Assembly: GCA_963775425.1 (NCBI GenBank)
Contig: CAVZJB010000014.1
Span: 64,001 to 128,000, forward strand
Source: an uncultured delta proteobacterium
Lineage (GTDB): Bacteria > Myxococcota > UBA727 > VGSZ01
Length of the DNA stretch: 64,000 bases
Direction of reading: 5' to 3'
Shown in pieces: positions 1 to 12,690 of the stretch; position 1 is the stretch's first letter; every line of letters begins with the position of its first letter. The notes beneath the pieces are model-generated. The model worked only from the letters and a program-made list of their open reading frames with translations, did not search any database and was not told where the DNA came from. The position numbers were made by a program, and so were the translations under genes.

Positions 1-442
1 TCACCTGAGCGCGCTCGACCTGCATCAGGCCGCCGGCGGTGTCCGGCGCGAACTGCAGCAGCTCCTCGACCTGCGCGCGCTCCTCCGGCTGGAGGCTCTG
101 CAACGCCTCGCGCTGCTCTTGCGGCTCGAGCTCCTCGATGACGTCGGCGGCGTCGTCGGTCTCGAGGTTCTGGACGAGCTTGGCGATCTCGCTCTTGTCG
201 AGCAGGCCGAGCAGCGCGGCGCGCTCGCTCTCCTCGAAGAGCGCGACGGCCTCCGCGCGGTTGGCGTCGTCGGGGACCAGGCGCAACAGGCGCGGCCACT
301 CCTTCACCTCGACGACGCGCAGGCTCTCCACGATGTCCGCGGGGTGTGGCAGCAGGCGCAGGAACGTCGAGGCGGTGGCGTCGTCGCCACGCAAGACGGC
401 CTCGAGGTCGTCGTTGTGTTCCAGGTCCGGACTCGTACCCAC
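1..442 (-). CDS. mgtE: Magnesium transporter MgtE, N-terminal part (runs off window start)
   Basis: Not in ORF track. Manual translation from GTG at 442 gives ...HPADIVESL...LETDDAADVIEEL...LLQFAPDTAGGLMQ, matching the MgtE N-domain and the start of the CBS region. Confidence 0.8.
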   Translation of the reverse strand, partial: MGTSPDLEHNDDLEAVLRGDDATASTFLRLLPHPADIVESLRVVEVKEWPRLLRLVPDDANRAEAVALFEESERAALLGLLDKSEIAKLVQNLETDDAADVIEELEPQEQREALQSLQPEERAQVEELLQFAPDTAGGLMQVERAQV

Positions 443-578
443 GACGGATCGACATTACGCCTCCACCTCGCCCGGGCAAGGCATAAGCGCCGGCCGTCCC
501 TCTGCGAGACGACCCTCCGCGCGCGGCGCGGTGAGCGGCGGCGTTGGCACCCGCGTCTTCGCCGGCTACACATCCGGC

Positions 579-3017
579 ATGAGGCGCGTCGCCGATCCGC
601 ACCCCGCCGTGGCGAGCCCATGTCTACGCACGGCCTTGCCCGGGCGCGCGCTCTTCGCTCTCGCCGTCGCCCTCACGCTCGGTGGGGCTTGCACGCCACG
701 GACCGTGGCGCAGTCCATGGGCGGCGTGGACGTCTCCGTCGACGCCGACGCCGGCCGCATCGTGCTGTCGCGCGGGGGCCGCACGCTCCTCGACGTCGGT
801 GCGAGCGACGTGGGCGGCCGGCGGGTGGACGCCACCTTCGAGATGCAATTCGGCATGTTCGACATCGAAGAGTCCGGGGCTCCCTTCGCGTTCGCAGACA
901 AGATGCGCATCGACGCCGTCACCGACAGCCGCGTCGACCTCACCTTCGAGGACGCCGGCGGCGCCGCGTTCGCGCAGGGCACCCTCACGCCCCTGACCGG
1001 CGGCGTGCAGCTCGCGGTGACCCTCGCGGGGGGCCTCGACGACGCCGTCGTCGCGAGCACCTGCGCGTTCCACCACGCCATCGGGCTCGGCGCCCAGACC
1101 CACGACGTGGACCACGTCGGCCAGCGCGTGCCGCTGTGGGTGAGCGAGCAGGGCATCGGCACCACCGACACCGACGAGCTCCCCGCCGTGTGGCAGGTGG
1201 TCGGCCGCCGCCACACGAGCTACGCGCCCATGCCCGCGTTCGTCGCCGACAACGCCGCCGCCTACGTCGTCGACACGCCGGCGTTTTCGCGCCTCGATCT
1301 GTGCGCCACCGATCCCGGCAAGGCCTCGTTCGAGGCGTGGCAGCCGCGCCTCGCCCTCGACGTCTACGCCGGCGATACGCCGCGGCAGGCACAGGCGTCG
1401 ATGGTCGACGCCCTGGGACGTCCGCCGCTGCCGCCGCCGTGGACCTTCGCGCCGTGGAACGACGCCATCTTCGGCTCCGACAACGTGCGCGCCGTCGCTC
1501 GCCGCATCCGCGCGCTCGGGCTGCCCTCGAGCGTCATCTGGACCGAGGACTGGCGCGGCGGCGCCGACGTCGGCGGCGGCGCGTACCGCCTCGACGAGGA
1601 CTGGGGGCCGGACCCCGTCCTGTACCCCGACTTCGCGGACATGGTGCGCGACGTGAACGGGCTCGGCTTTCAACAGATGGTCTACTTCAACAGCTTCGTC
1701 GTCCAGGGCGCCGACGTGTTCGACGAAGTGACGTCACGCGGCCTCGGCATCGGCGCGCCTTTGTTTTCGGGGCCGGACAAGGACTTCTCGCCCACCACGC
1801 TCGTCGACCTCACCAACCCCGACGCCCGCGCCTTCGTGAAGCAGCACTTCGCCGACGCCTTCGCGCTCGGCGTGCGCGGCTGGATGGCCGACTACGGCGA
1901 GTGGCTCCCGGTCGACGACGACACGCTCTTCGACGGCGAAGACCCGCACCTCGTGCACAACCGCTTCCCGGTGCTGTGGCAGCAGGTGAACCGCGAAGCG
2001 CAGCAGGAGGCGGGGCTGCTCGACGACAGCGTGGTGTTCGTCCGCTCCGCGCACCTCGGATCGCAGCCGCTGGTGCAGGTGATCTGGGCGGGCGACCAGC
2101 GCACGAGCTTCGACGCCGACGACGGCCTGCCCACGGTCCTGCCCATCGGCATCGGCCTGTCCACGGTGGGCTTCCCGTTCTTCGCCCACGACGTCGCCGG
2201 CTACCAGAGCGCCACCAACCCGCCCGGCGACAAGGAGCTGTTCCTGCGCTGGACCGAGCTCGGCGCGCTCTCGCCCGTCATGCGCACCCACCACGGGACC
2301 AACGTCACGCAGAACGTCAACATCTTCACCGACGACGACACCGTCGCCCACTGGAGGCGCTACGCGTCTTTGCACGTCCGCCTCTACCCGTACCTGCGCG
2401 CGTTGGCCCGGGCGGCCTGTGGCAAGGGGGGCGCGCCCCTGTGGACGCCGCTGCCGCTCGCGTATCCCGCCGACGACGCCGTGTGGGGCCTGAAGGACGA
2501 GGTGATGCTCGGGCCCGCGCTGCTGGTCGCGCCCGTGCTCACCGAGGGCGCCGTGTCGCGGCCCGTGGTGTTCCCGAGCGCGCGCTTCGCCCCCGTCGCC
2601 GTCGCCGTCGACGGCGCGCTCACCGCGCCCGCGGGTGACGGCGCCGCCGTGGTGGGACCGGCCACCGTCGACGTGGACGCGCCCGTCGCGGACATCCCGC
2701 TGTTCGTCGCCGCCGGCGGCATCGTCCCGATGACCGCCAACGTCGCGGACACGTTGTTGCCCGGCGGCCGCGGGCTCGCGGGCCTCGAGACCACGGAGGG
2801 CGATCGCGTCGTCGTCGTCGGCCTCGGCGCCGACGGCACGTTCACCGAGGACAGCGGCGCGTCGTACGCGCTCAGCGGTACCGGGACAGACGCTTCGTCG
2901 GCCGGCCCCGGCGGCGTCGTCGATGTCACCGGCGACGGCGTCGTCGACGGCGACGGCTTCACGCTCACGCTGTCGGGGCAGCCGGCGGCGCGCGTGACGC
3001 ACGTCGTATTCAGGTGA
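579..3017 (+). CDS. Glycoside hydrolase family 31 (YihQ-like subgroup), probable lipoprotein
   Basis: Motifs LWVSEQGIG, WTEDW, GWMADYGEW (nucleophile Asp), WAGDQ (acid/base Asp), HDVAGY, MRTH; lipobox-like LGGAC. Start set at ATG 579; the upstream part of the track ORF overlaps mgtE antisense. Confidence 0.85.
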   Translation: MRRVADPHPAVASPCLRTALPGRALFALAVALTLGGACTPRTVAQSMGGVDVSVDADAGRIVLSRGGRTLLDVGASDVGGRRVDATFEMQFGMFDIEESGAPFAFADKMRIDAVTDSRVDLTFEDAGGAAFAQGTLTPLTGGVQLAVTLAGGLDDAVVASTCAFHHAIGLGAQTHDVDHVGQRVPLWVSEQGIGTTDTDELPAVWQVVGRRHTSYAPMPAFVADNAAAYVVDTPAFSRLDLCATDPGKASFEAWQPRLALDVYAGDTPRQAQASMVDALGRPPLPPPWTFAPWNDAIFGSDNVRAVARRIRALGLPSSVIWTEDWRGGADVGGGAYRLDEDWGPDPVLYPDFADMVRDVNGLGFQQMVYFNSFVVQGADVFDEVTSRGLGIGAPLFSGPDKDFSPTTLVDLTNPDARAFVKQHFADAFALGVRGWMADYGEWLPVDDDTLFDGEDPHLVHNRFPVLWQQVNREAQQEAGLLDDSVVFVRSAHLGSQPLVQVIWAGDQRTSFDADDGLPTVLPIGIGLSTVGFPFFAHDVAGYQSATNPPGDKELFLRWTELGALSPVMRTHHGTNVTQNVNIFTDDDTVAHWRRYASLHVRLYPYLRALARAACGKGGAPLWTPLPLAYPADDAVWGLKDEVMLGPALLVAPVLTEGAVSRPVVFPSARFAPVAVAVDGALTAPAGDGAAVVGPATVDVDAPVADIPLFVAAGGIVPMTANVADTLLPGGRGLAGLETTEGDRVVVVGLGADGTFTEDSGASYALSGTGTDASSAGPGGVVDVTGDGVVDGDGFTLTLSGQPAARVTHVVFR

Positions 3018-3036
3018 GCCGCGCGACGAGCGCCCC

Positions 3037-3924
3037 GTGAGCGGCGCTCCGTTCGCGGGCGAGCACGTCGGGCACCTCGCGGCGCTGGCGTGCGCCTCGA
3101 TGTGGGCGCTGTCGACGGTGCTGTTCGGCGCGGCCGCGCGCACCGTCGACCCGCGCGCGCTGAACCTCTTGAAGTGCGCGCTGGCGGCCCCGCTCCTCGG
3201 CGTCACCGCGCTGCTCCTCGGAGACCTGCCGGCGTTTTCGGCGCGGGACTCGGCGGCGCTGGCGGTGTCGGCGCTGTTCGGCATCGTCGTGGCCGACACC
3301 GCGTACTTCGTGGCGCTCAAGGAGCTCGGCGCGGCCCGCGGCGTTCTCTTCGTGGCGCTCATCCCCGTATGCACGTCGCTGTTGGCGCTGCCCGTGCTCG
3401 GCGAAGCGCTCGAGCCGCGGATGGTGGCGGGGATGATCGTGACGCTCTCGGGCGTGGTGGTGGTGGTGCGCGGCCGCGCGCGGGGCGCCGGCAGGGGGCG
3501 CATCGGGGTGGGCGTCGTCGCCGGCGTCGTCTACTGCACGGCGCAGGCGGCGGCGAACGTCCTGCAGAAGGGTGTGGACCCGGCGCTGTCGCCGCTGTCG
3601 CTGTCGTTCTTCCGCTTGAGCATCGGCGCGGCGGTCATCGCGCTCTCGCTCGTCGTCACCGTGCGCGGCCGCAGGGACATCGCGGCGCTGCGGCCCGTGC
3701 TCGCGCGCGGCTCCCTCGGGACCCTCGCGGGCGCGTACGCGGGGCTCTTGCTCGGGACCTACGCCATCCGCACGGTGCCGACGGGCGTGGCGACCACGCT
3801 CATCGCGACCACGCCCCTGTTCGCCCTGGTCGCCGCGCGCGTCGTCGACAAGGAGACCCCGAGCGCCCGCACGCTCGCCGGCGCGCTCCTGGCCCTCGCC
3901 GGCGTCGCGCTCTTGATGCTCTGA
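3037..3924 (+). CDS. DMT/EamA family transporter
   Basis: About 10 hydrophobic segments in two repeats; LPVLGE and VVDKE EamA-type ends. Confidence 0.8.
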   Translation: MSGAPFAGEHVGHLAALACASMWALSTVLFGAAARTVDPRALNLLKCALAAPLLGVTALLLGDLPAFSARDSAALAVSALFGIVVADTAYFVALKELGAARGVLFVALIPVCTSLLALPVLGEALEPRMVAGMIVTLSGVVVVVRGRARGAGRGRIGVGVVAGVVYCTAQAAANVLQKGVDPALSPLSLSFFRLSIGAAVIALSLVVTVRGRRDIAALRPVLARGSLGTLAGAYAGLLLGTYAIRTVPTGVATTLIATTPLFALVAARVVDKETPSARTLAGALLALAGVALLML

Positions 3925-3944
3925 CGGGCTTCAATCGAGGGGGA

Positions 3945-3989
3945 CGGAGGGAGCGGCCGCGCTGATGAGCGACCGGAGGGAGCGGCCGC
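3945..3989 (+). repeat. Two copies of a REP-like intergenic repeat (GCGACCGGAGGGAGCGGCCGC core)
   Basis: The same core occurs at 7116-7137 and, inverted, twice at 34502-34560. Confidence 0.7.
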
Positions 3990-4104
3990 CCGGCGTGTAG
4001 GCGGATGTCGGCGAGGCCGTCATGCCATTCGCCGTCATGAACCCGGCCGCCCGGGAACGCGAGTAGTGCAGGAACGCGCGCTTCGTTAGAGCATCGGACA
4101 TCCG

Positions 4105-5892
<1,788 letters not shown>

Positions 5893-5929
5893 CGACGGTC
5901 GCCGACGCGGGCGGCGAGCGCCTTGCGGC

Positions 5930-6673
5930 TCACACGACGAGGCCGCCGTCCACGTTGATGACGGCGCCGGTGATGTAGCTCGCGTCGTCGCTGGCGAGGA
6001 ACGCGTACACCGCCGCGATCTCTTCAGGCTTCGCCAGGCGCTGCAGCGGTGTGCGCTCGCTCATCGCCGCGAGCACGCTCTGCGGCACGGGCGCGGTCAT
6101 GGGCGTCTCGACGAAGCCGGGGGCCACGGCGTTCACGCGCACGTTGCTCCGTCCGAGCTCGCGCGCGAGGGTCTTGGTGAGGCCGATGACGCCCGCCTTG
6201 GACGCCACGTAGTTCGACTGGCCGAAGTTGCCCGTGTGCGCCACCACCGAGGCGGCGTTCAGGATGACGCCGTGCTTTTGCACCTTCATCTTGGCCGCGG
6301 CGGCCTGAGAGAGGCGGAACACGGCGGTGAGGTTGACGGCGATGACCTTGTCCCAGTCGTCGACGCTCAGCTTGCCGACGGACGCGTCACGCGTGATGCC
6401 GGCGTTGTTCACGAGGACGTCGACGCCGCCCTCCATGGCTTCCGCGACCGCGGTGAGGCCTTGCGCACTTGCAACATCGGCGGCGACGTAGCGCACGCGC
6501 GCGCCGGGGGCGTCTTCGGCGCCGAGCGCTGCCGCCAGCCCCGTCTCCGAGAGCGGCCGCAGGTCGACGGCGATCACGCGCGCGCCCTCGTCGAGAAATC
6601 GCCGCGCCGTCGCGAGCCCGATGCCGCTCGCCGCGCCCGTCACCACCGCCGTCTTGTCTTTGAGTCCACGCAT
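5930..6673 (-). CDS. phaB: Acetoacetyl-CoA reductase PhaB / FabG-like SDR
   Basis: TGAASGIG, NNAGITRD, GNFGQSNYVASKAG (YxxxK), NAVAPGF; lies next to phaR and phaC. Confidence 0.78.
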   Translation of the reverse strand: MRGLKDKTAVVTGAASGIGLATARRFLDEGARVIAVDLRPLSETGLAAALGAEDAPGARVRYVAADVASAQGLTAVAEAMEGGVDVLVNNAGITRDASVGKLSVDDWDKVIAVNLTAVFRLSQAAAAKMKVQKHGVILNAASVVAHTGNFGQSNYVASKAGVIGLTKTLARELGRSNVRVNAVAPGFVETPMTAPVPQSVLAAMSERTPLQRLAKPEEIAAVYAFLASDDASYITGAVINVDGGLVV

Positions 6674-6733
6674 GATCGCTCCTGGGAGAGAAAGGGTGCG
6701 CGGCCAACGTGCGCGCCTGCGGGCTGCGCACGT

Positions 6734-6745
6734 TGCGCCGCACAA
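6734..6745. promoter_or_regulatory. Putative PhaR operator upstream of phaB
   Basis: TGCGCCGCACAA; same TGC-N3-GCACAA core as the sites at 7077 and 8185. Confidence 0.5.
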
Positions 6746-6755
6746 ATCGAGGTGC

Positions 6756-7016
6756 TTAGGCGAGCATCGCGCGGGCGCCGTTGACGAAGGCGCGGCCGGC
6801 CTCATGCATCGCGTGCGCCTGGGCGGCGGAGTAGCGGCTCGACTCCTGCACGGTGCGCTCCCACTCGGCGAAGCCCTTCTCCATGGCGGCCGCGCTCTCG
6901 TCGAGCATCCGCTGGGCCTCGCCCCGCCAGAACTGGGTGAGCGTGTAAAACGGCGCGGCCGCGTCGGCTGGGGGGGTGCGGGGGGCGGTCTTCTGCTCGG
7001 TCTTGTTGTCGCTCAC
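6756..7016 (-). CDS. Small helical protein, probable phasin/granule-associated protein
   Basis: GTG start with strong SD (AAGGAGGA, 7021-7028); 86 aa, amphipathic; between phaR and phaB with a PhaR-like box upstream. Function inferred from context. Confidence 0.6.
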   Translation of the reverse strand: MSDNKTEQKTAPRTPPADAAAPFYTLTQFWRGEAQRMLDESAAAMEKGFAEWERTVQESSRYSAAQAHAMHEAGRAFVNGARAMLA

Positions 7017-7043
7017 GGTGTCCTCCTTGGTGTGAGTGACCGC

Positions 7044-7072
7044 AAGCTAGGCAGCGCTCGCAACTGCGTCAA
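7044..7072 (-). promoter_or_regulatory. Sigma70-type promoter for the phasin-like gene and phaB
   Basis: TTGACG (7072-7067), 17-nt spacer, TAGCTT (7049-7044). Confidence 0.6.
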
Positions 7073-7076
7073 GGAT

Positions 7077-7095
7077 TTTTGTGCAACGCACAAAA
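7077..7095. promoter_or_regulatory. Palindromic PhaR-box-like operator
   Basis: TTTTGTGC-AAC-GCACAAAA: perfect 8-bp arms, AT-rich, immediately upstream of the -35 hexamer. Confidence 0.7.
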
Positions 7096-7115
7096 CCACC
7101 GGATCCGCCCGATCA

Positions 7116-7137
7116 GCGACCGGAGGGAGCGGCCGCG
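7116..7137 (+). repeat. REP-like intergenic repeat copy
   Basis: GCGACCGGAGGGAGCGGCCGCG, matching the copies at 3969 and 34502. Confidence 0.65.
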
Positions 7138-7216
7138 CTTGATCAGGGTCGCCGTCCGCGCGACGCGGGGGACGAGCCCCCGCCCTGCGGGGCGCCGGAG
7201 CGGCCGAGGACCGGGT

Positions 7217-7795
<579 letters not shown>

Positions 7796-7859
7796 GTCCC
7801 GTACGTAGGAGACCGGTGCGCATCCGTCAATCGGACGATTCCGATCCGGCGCGCCCGGA

Positions 7860-7910
7860 TGTGCGAATGCACAAAACCCCCTTGACAAATCCGCGCCCGC
7901 CCGGCTGAAT
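7860..7910 (+). promoter_or_regulatory. PhaR-box-like site plus promoter of the nine-gene operon
   Basis: TGTGC-GAAT-GCACAAAA (7860-7876), then TTGACA (7882-7887); weak -10 (CTGAAT) 17 nt later and 7 nt before ATG 7918. Confidence 0.55.
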
Positions 7911-7917
7911 CCGCGCC

Positions 7918-8892
7918 ATGACGGGATCCGATCGCATGCTGCTTCGCAACATCGAGCCCGGTTCGAGCGCGGCCCTCCGCCCCGAGGACGTGCCCGCCGT
8001 CGTCGACGACGCCACCCTCGCCGCGGTCCTGCGCGCCGGCCGCCCCGACGAGCTCGTCTCCGGCGCACAGCGCGGCCTCCTCACCGTGCGCGGCCTCGCT
8101 TGCCCCACCATCGCCGCCGGCAGCGGCCGCCCCGTCCTCTGCGTGCACGGCCTCGGGCACGACGCGTGGGACTTCGGCCCGCTCTTTGTGCGATGCACAA
8201 AAGCCGCGTCGCTCCTCGCGTTCGACCTCCCCGGCTTCGGCCTCGCGGACAAGGTCCCGCCCGCCTCCGCGCCCGCACAGACGTTCGACATGGAGCTGTA
8301 TGTCGAGGCGCTGCTCGCGGCGGCGGCGCTCGCGCCGGAGCCGCCGGTGGTGGTCGCGTCTTCCCTCGGTGGCCACATCGCGCTGATCGCCGCCATGCGC
8401 GCGCCCCGGGCGTTCGCCCGCCTGGTGCTGGCGGCCCCTGGTGGCCTCGTCGGCGCGCCCGGCCCGCTGCAGGCCCTGCTCCGCGCCTACTACGCCGTGG
8501 ACTCCATCTGCGCCCGCAGCGAGCAGGAGCTCACGAGCAACAGCCACAAGATCTTCGCGCGCCGCGGCCTCGCCGCCGCCGACGCGCTCGCGGCGCGCAA
8601 GCTGGCGGTGCACCGCTCCGCGCGCAAGCGCGAGTTCGCCGTGCCGTTCGCCGGCATCGTCGACGACGTGTTTCGTCACGTCATCATGGACCGCGTCGCC
8701 GACGTGCGCGTGCCCACGCTGATCCTGTCGGGCGAGCGCGACGTCGTCGTCCCCCCCGACGCCTGCGCCACGGCCGCCCGCCGCATGGGCGCCCGCTTCG
8801 TGTCCTTCCCCGGCGTCGGGCACTGCCCGCACCTCGAGATCCCCGACGTCTTCGCCGACGCCGTCGTCACCTTCATCCACGGAGAAGCATGA
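7918..8892 (+). CDS. Alpha/beta hydrolase (esterase/depolymerase-like), cytoplasmic
   Basis: VHGLG, DLPGFG, nucleophile elbow ASSLGG, GERDVVVP, GHCPHLE. Confidence 0.8.
   Translation: MTGSDRMLLRNIEPGSSAALRPEDVPAVVDDATLAAVLRAGRPDELVSGAQRGLLTVRGLACPTIAAGSGRPVLCVHGLGHDAWDFGPLFVRCTKAASLLAFDLPGFGLADKVPPASAPAQTFDMELYVEALLAAAALAPEPPVVVASSLGGHIALIAAMRAPRAFARLVLAAPGGLVGAPGPLQALLRAYYAVDSICARSEQELTSNSHKIFARRGLAAADALAARKLAVHRSARKREFAVPFAGIVDDVFRHVIMDRVADVRVPTLILSGERDVVVPPDACATAARRMGARFVSFPGVGHCPHLEIPDVFADAVVTFIHGEA
8185..8201. promoter_or_regulatory. Intragenic PhaR-box-like palindrome
   Basis: TTTGTGC-GAT-GCACAAA inside the CDS, using codons unusual for this GC-rich gene (TTT, CGA, ACA, AAA). Confidence 0.55.
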
Positions 8893-10612
8893 TGTTGCCC
8901 GGAGACTGGACCGAAGGCCTCGCGCGCCTGTTCTCGGAGAGCATCGCCGTCGTCGACGAGCGCACCGGTGAGCGCGTCAGCTACCGGGCCCTCTTCGCCC
9001 GCACCAGCGCCACCGCCGCCGCGCTCCAGGCGCTCGGCGTCGAAAAGGGCGATCGCGTCGCCGTGCTCGCCAAGAACCGGCTGGAGCACCTCGAGCTCAT
9101 GTTCGCCTGCGCTCGCCTCGGCGCGCTGTTCCTCCCGATGAACTGGCGCCTCGCGGAGCCCGAGCTCGGCTACATCCTCGACGACGCCGAGCCGTCCGTC
9201 CTCTTCTTCGAGCCGTCCTTCGCAGACGCCGCAAACCGCTTGTGCGCGGCACGCAACGTGCGGGCGCTCGGGCTCGACGGCGAAGAGGGCCTCGAGAAGC
9301 TCGCGCGCGCCGGCGCCAAGCAGGCGCCGGTGAAGCAGGCGCCGCTCGGCGAGGACGATCCGTGGCTCATCCTGTACACCTCGGGGACCACCGGCCACCC
9401 CAAGGGCGCGCTCCTGCCGCACCGGCAGGTCGCGTACAACGCGCTCAACACCATCGTCGCCCTGGACCTCGCCGCGGCCGACAAGACCGTCACCTACACG
9501 CCGCTGTTCCACACGGGCGGCCTGCACGTCCTCACCACGCCGCTGCTCATGAAGGGCGGCACCGTGGTGCTCGCCGACGGCTTCGAGCCCGAGCGCTTCC
9601 TGCAGCTCAACGCGCGCGAGCGCTGCACGCTCCTGTTCGGCGTGCCCACCACGTTCGAAATGATGGCGCAGGCGCAGGCGTTCACCGACGTCGATCTGTC
9701 GTCGCTGCGCGTGGCCCTGTGCGGCGGCGCCCCGTGCCCGCTGTCGCTGATCGAGCGCTACACCAGGCGGGGCATCGTCTTCAAACAGGGCTACGGCCTC
9801 ACCGAGGTGGGGCCCAACGTGCTCAACCTCAACGCCGAGGACGTCGTCAAGAAGGCGGGGAGCGCCGGCCGCCCCAACCTCTTCATCACCGCCCGCATCG
9901 ACGGCGACACCGCGCACACGGGCAAGGGCCGCGGCGAGCTGCTCCTCGGCGGGCCGTGCGTGTGCCTGGGCTACTGGCGCAAGCCGGAGGCCACCCGCGC
10001 CGCGTTCACGGCGGACGGCTTGTTCCGCACCGGCGACGTCGTCGAGGTGGACGCCGACGGCTTCATGACCATCGTCGACCGCGCCAAGGACATGTTCATC
10101 TCCGGCGGCGAGAACGTGTACCCGGCGGAGGTCGAGAAGGTCCTCGCGGATCATCCCGCGGTGCGCGCGGCGGCCGTGGTCGGCATCGCGGACGCGCGCT
10201 GGGGCGAGGTCGGCCGGGCGTACGTCGAGGCGCGCGAGGCCGTGGAGCCTGCGGCGCTCGTGCAGTTCGCGCGGGCGCGCCTCGCCGCCTACAAGGTGCC
10301 GAAGGACGTCGTCGTCGTCGACGAGCTCCCGCGCAACCCGAGCGGCAAGGTGCAAAAGCACCTGCTGTCCCGCGCCCCCACCGCGGCCGCGGCGCCGTCG
10401 TCGTCGACACAGGCGTCGTCGACACGGGCGTCCTCGACACGGGCGTCGTCGACACAGGCGTCGTCGACACAGGCGTCCTCGACACAGGCGTCCTCGACAC
10501 AGGCGTCCTCGACACAGGCGTCGTCGACACAGGCGTCCTCGACGCAGGCGTCGTCGTCCGGCTCTGCGGCGCAGGCGCCCGGCGCCGCGCCGCGCCGCAA
10601 GGAGGCGCGCGC

Positions 10613-10616
<4 letters not shown>
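8889..10616 (+). CDS. Acyl-CoA synthetase (long-chain fatty acid--CoA ligase-like) with repetitive tail
   Basis: YTSGTTGHPKG, GYGLTE, FRTGD, DRAKDMFISGGENVYPAEVE, LPRNPSGK; ATGA overlap with the upstream gene. Confidence 0.9.
10401..10550 (+). repeat. 10 x 15-bp tandem repeat encoding (SST[Q/R]A)10
   Basis: Unit TC[G/C]TCGACAC[A/G]GGCG, counted directly. Confidence 0.9.
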
Positions 10617-11631
<1,015 letters not shown>

Positions 11632-11632
<1 letters not shown>

Positions 11633-12690
11633 TGGCCGAGCGCGCGGTGATGCTCGCTTCGTGCGCGGCGCTCGTCGTCGCGTCGTCGTGCGTGACGCCG
11701 GGTCTTCACACCACCGCCGCGCCGGCCACCGCCGGCGACGGCACGCGCATGGTGCAGGTGCGCGGCGCGTGGCTCCGCGTGCTCGCGCTCGGGCCGCCGC
11801 GAGGGCCGAGCCCCGGCCCGTCGGCCGCCGACGCTGACGCTGACGCCGACGCCAACGCCGTCGCCGGCGCCGGCGACGCAGCCGGGGGCGCCGGCGCGCC
11901 GGTGGTGTTCGTGCACGGCTTCGGCTCTCGCCTCGAGGCGTGGAAGCTCGTGCAGCCCGAGGTGGCCAAGACGCGGCGGACGCTGAGCTTCGATCAGCGC
12001 GGCTTCGGGCTGTCCGAGCGCGCAGAGGGCGCGTACGGGCCCGAGTCGCACGCCGCCGACCTGCTCGCGCTCCTCGACGAGGAGCACATCGATCGCGCGG
12101 TGCTGGTCGGCCACAGCTACGGCGCCGGCGTCGTGCTCCGGCTCGCCCTGCGTCACCCCGAGCGCGTCGCGGGGATCGTGCTCGTGTCGCCGTTCGCGCT
12201 CGACGAGCAGGTGGGCTCGTACTTCCACTGGGCGATGGTCCCCGGCCTCGGCGAGGCGATGTTCAGCGCGCAGTTCCGCGACTTCCCCGGCGAGAAGTAC
12301 CTGCTCGCGTTCGGCCCCGAGGCCAGGAAGAAGTACGTCTCCGTCGCCGCGCTCGACGAGGTGCAGCGGCTGCAGGCGAAGGACGGCTCCACCTACGCCG
12401 CCCTCGCCACCATCCGCGGCATGGACTACGCGTCCGTCGAGGACGCGTACGCGAAGATCGCGGTCTCCGTCACGGTGGTGTGGGGCGAGAAGGATCGTGT
12501 GGCGCCCATCAAGCGCCTCGAGACGTTCGCCGCCAAGCTCCCTCACGCGCGCTTCGTGCGCGTCCCGGGCGTCGGCCACATGCCGCCGTGGGAGAAGCCC
12601 GACGTCGTCGTCGACGCGGTGCTCGGCGCGCGCGACGCGCCGACGCGCCAGGCCGACACCGACGCGGGCGCCGCGGGAGGTGCGCGGTGA
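11632..12690 (+). CDS. Alpha/beta hydrolase lipoprotein (exported esterase)
   Basis: TGATG coupling; lipobox-like VASSC; VHGFG, DQRGFG, GHSYG, WGEKD, GHMPPWE. Confidence 0.82.

Noticed and set aside
3961-3990. CTGATGAG resembling a hammerhead ribozyme core (also CTGACGA at 18265 and 60858)
   Set aside because: No correctly placed stem II followed by GAAA, and no stem III could be built.
10401-10550. Regular repeats as a possible CRISPR array (also 34502-34560 and 43862-44041)
   Set aside because: There are no unique spacers and no cas genes; the repeats are contiguous and mostly in-frame coding.
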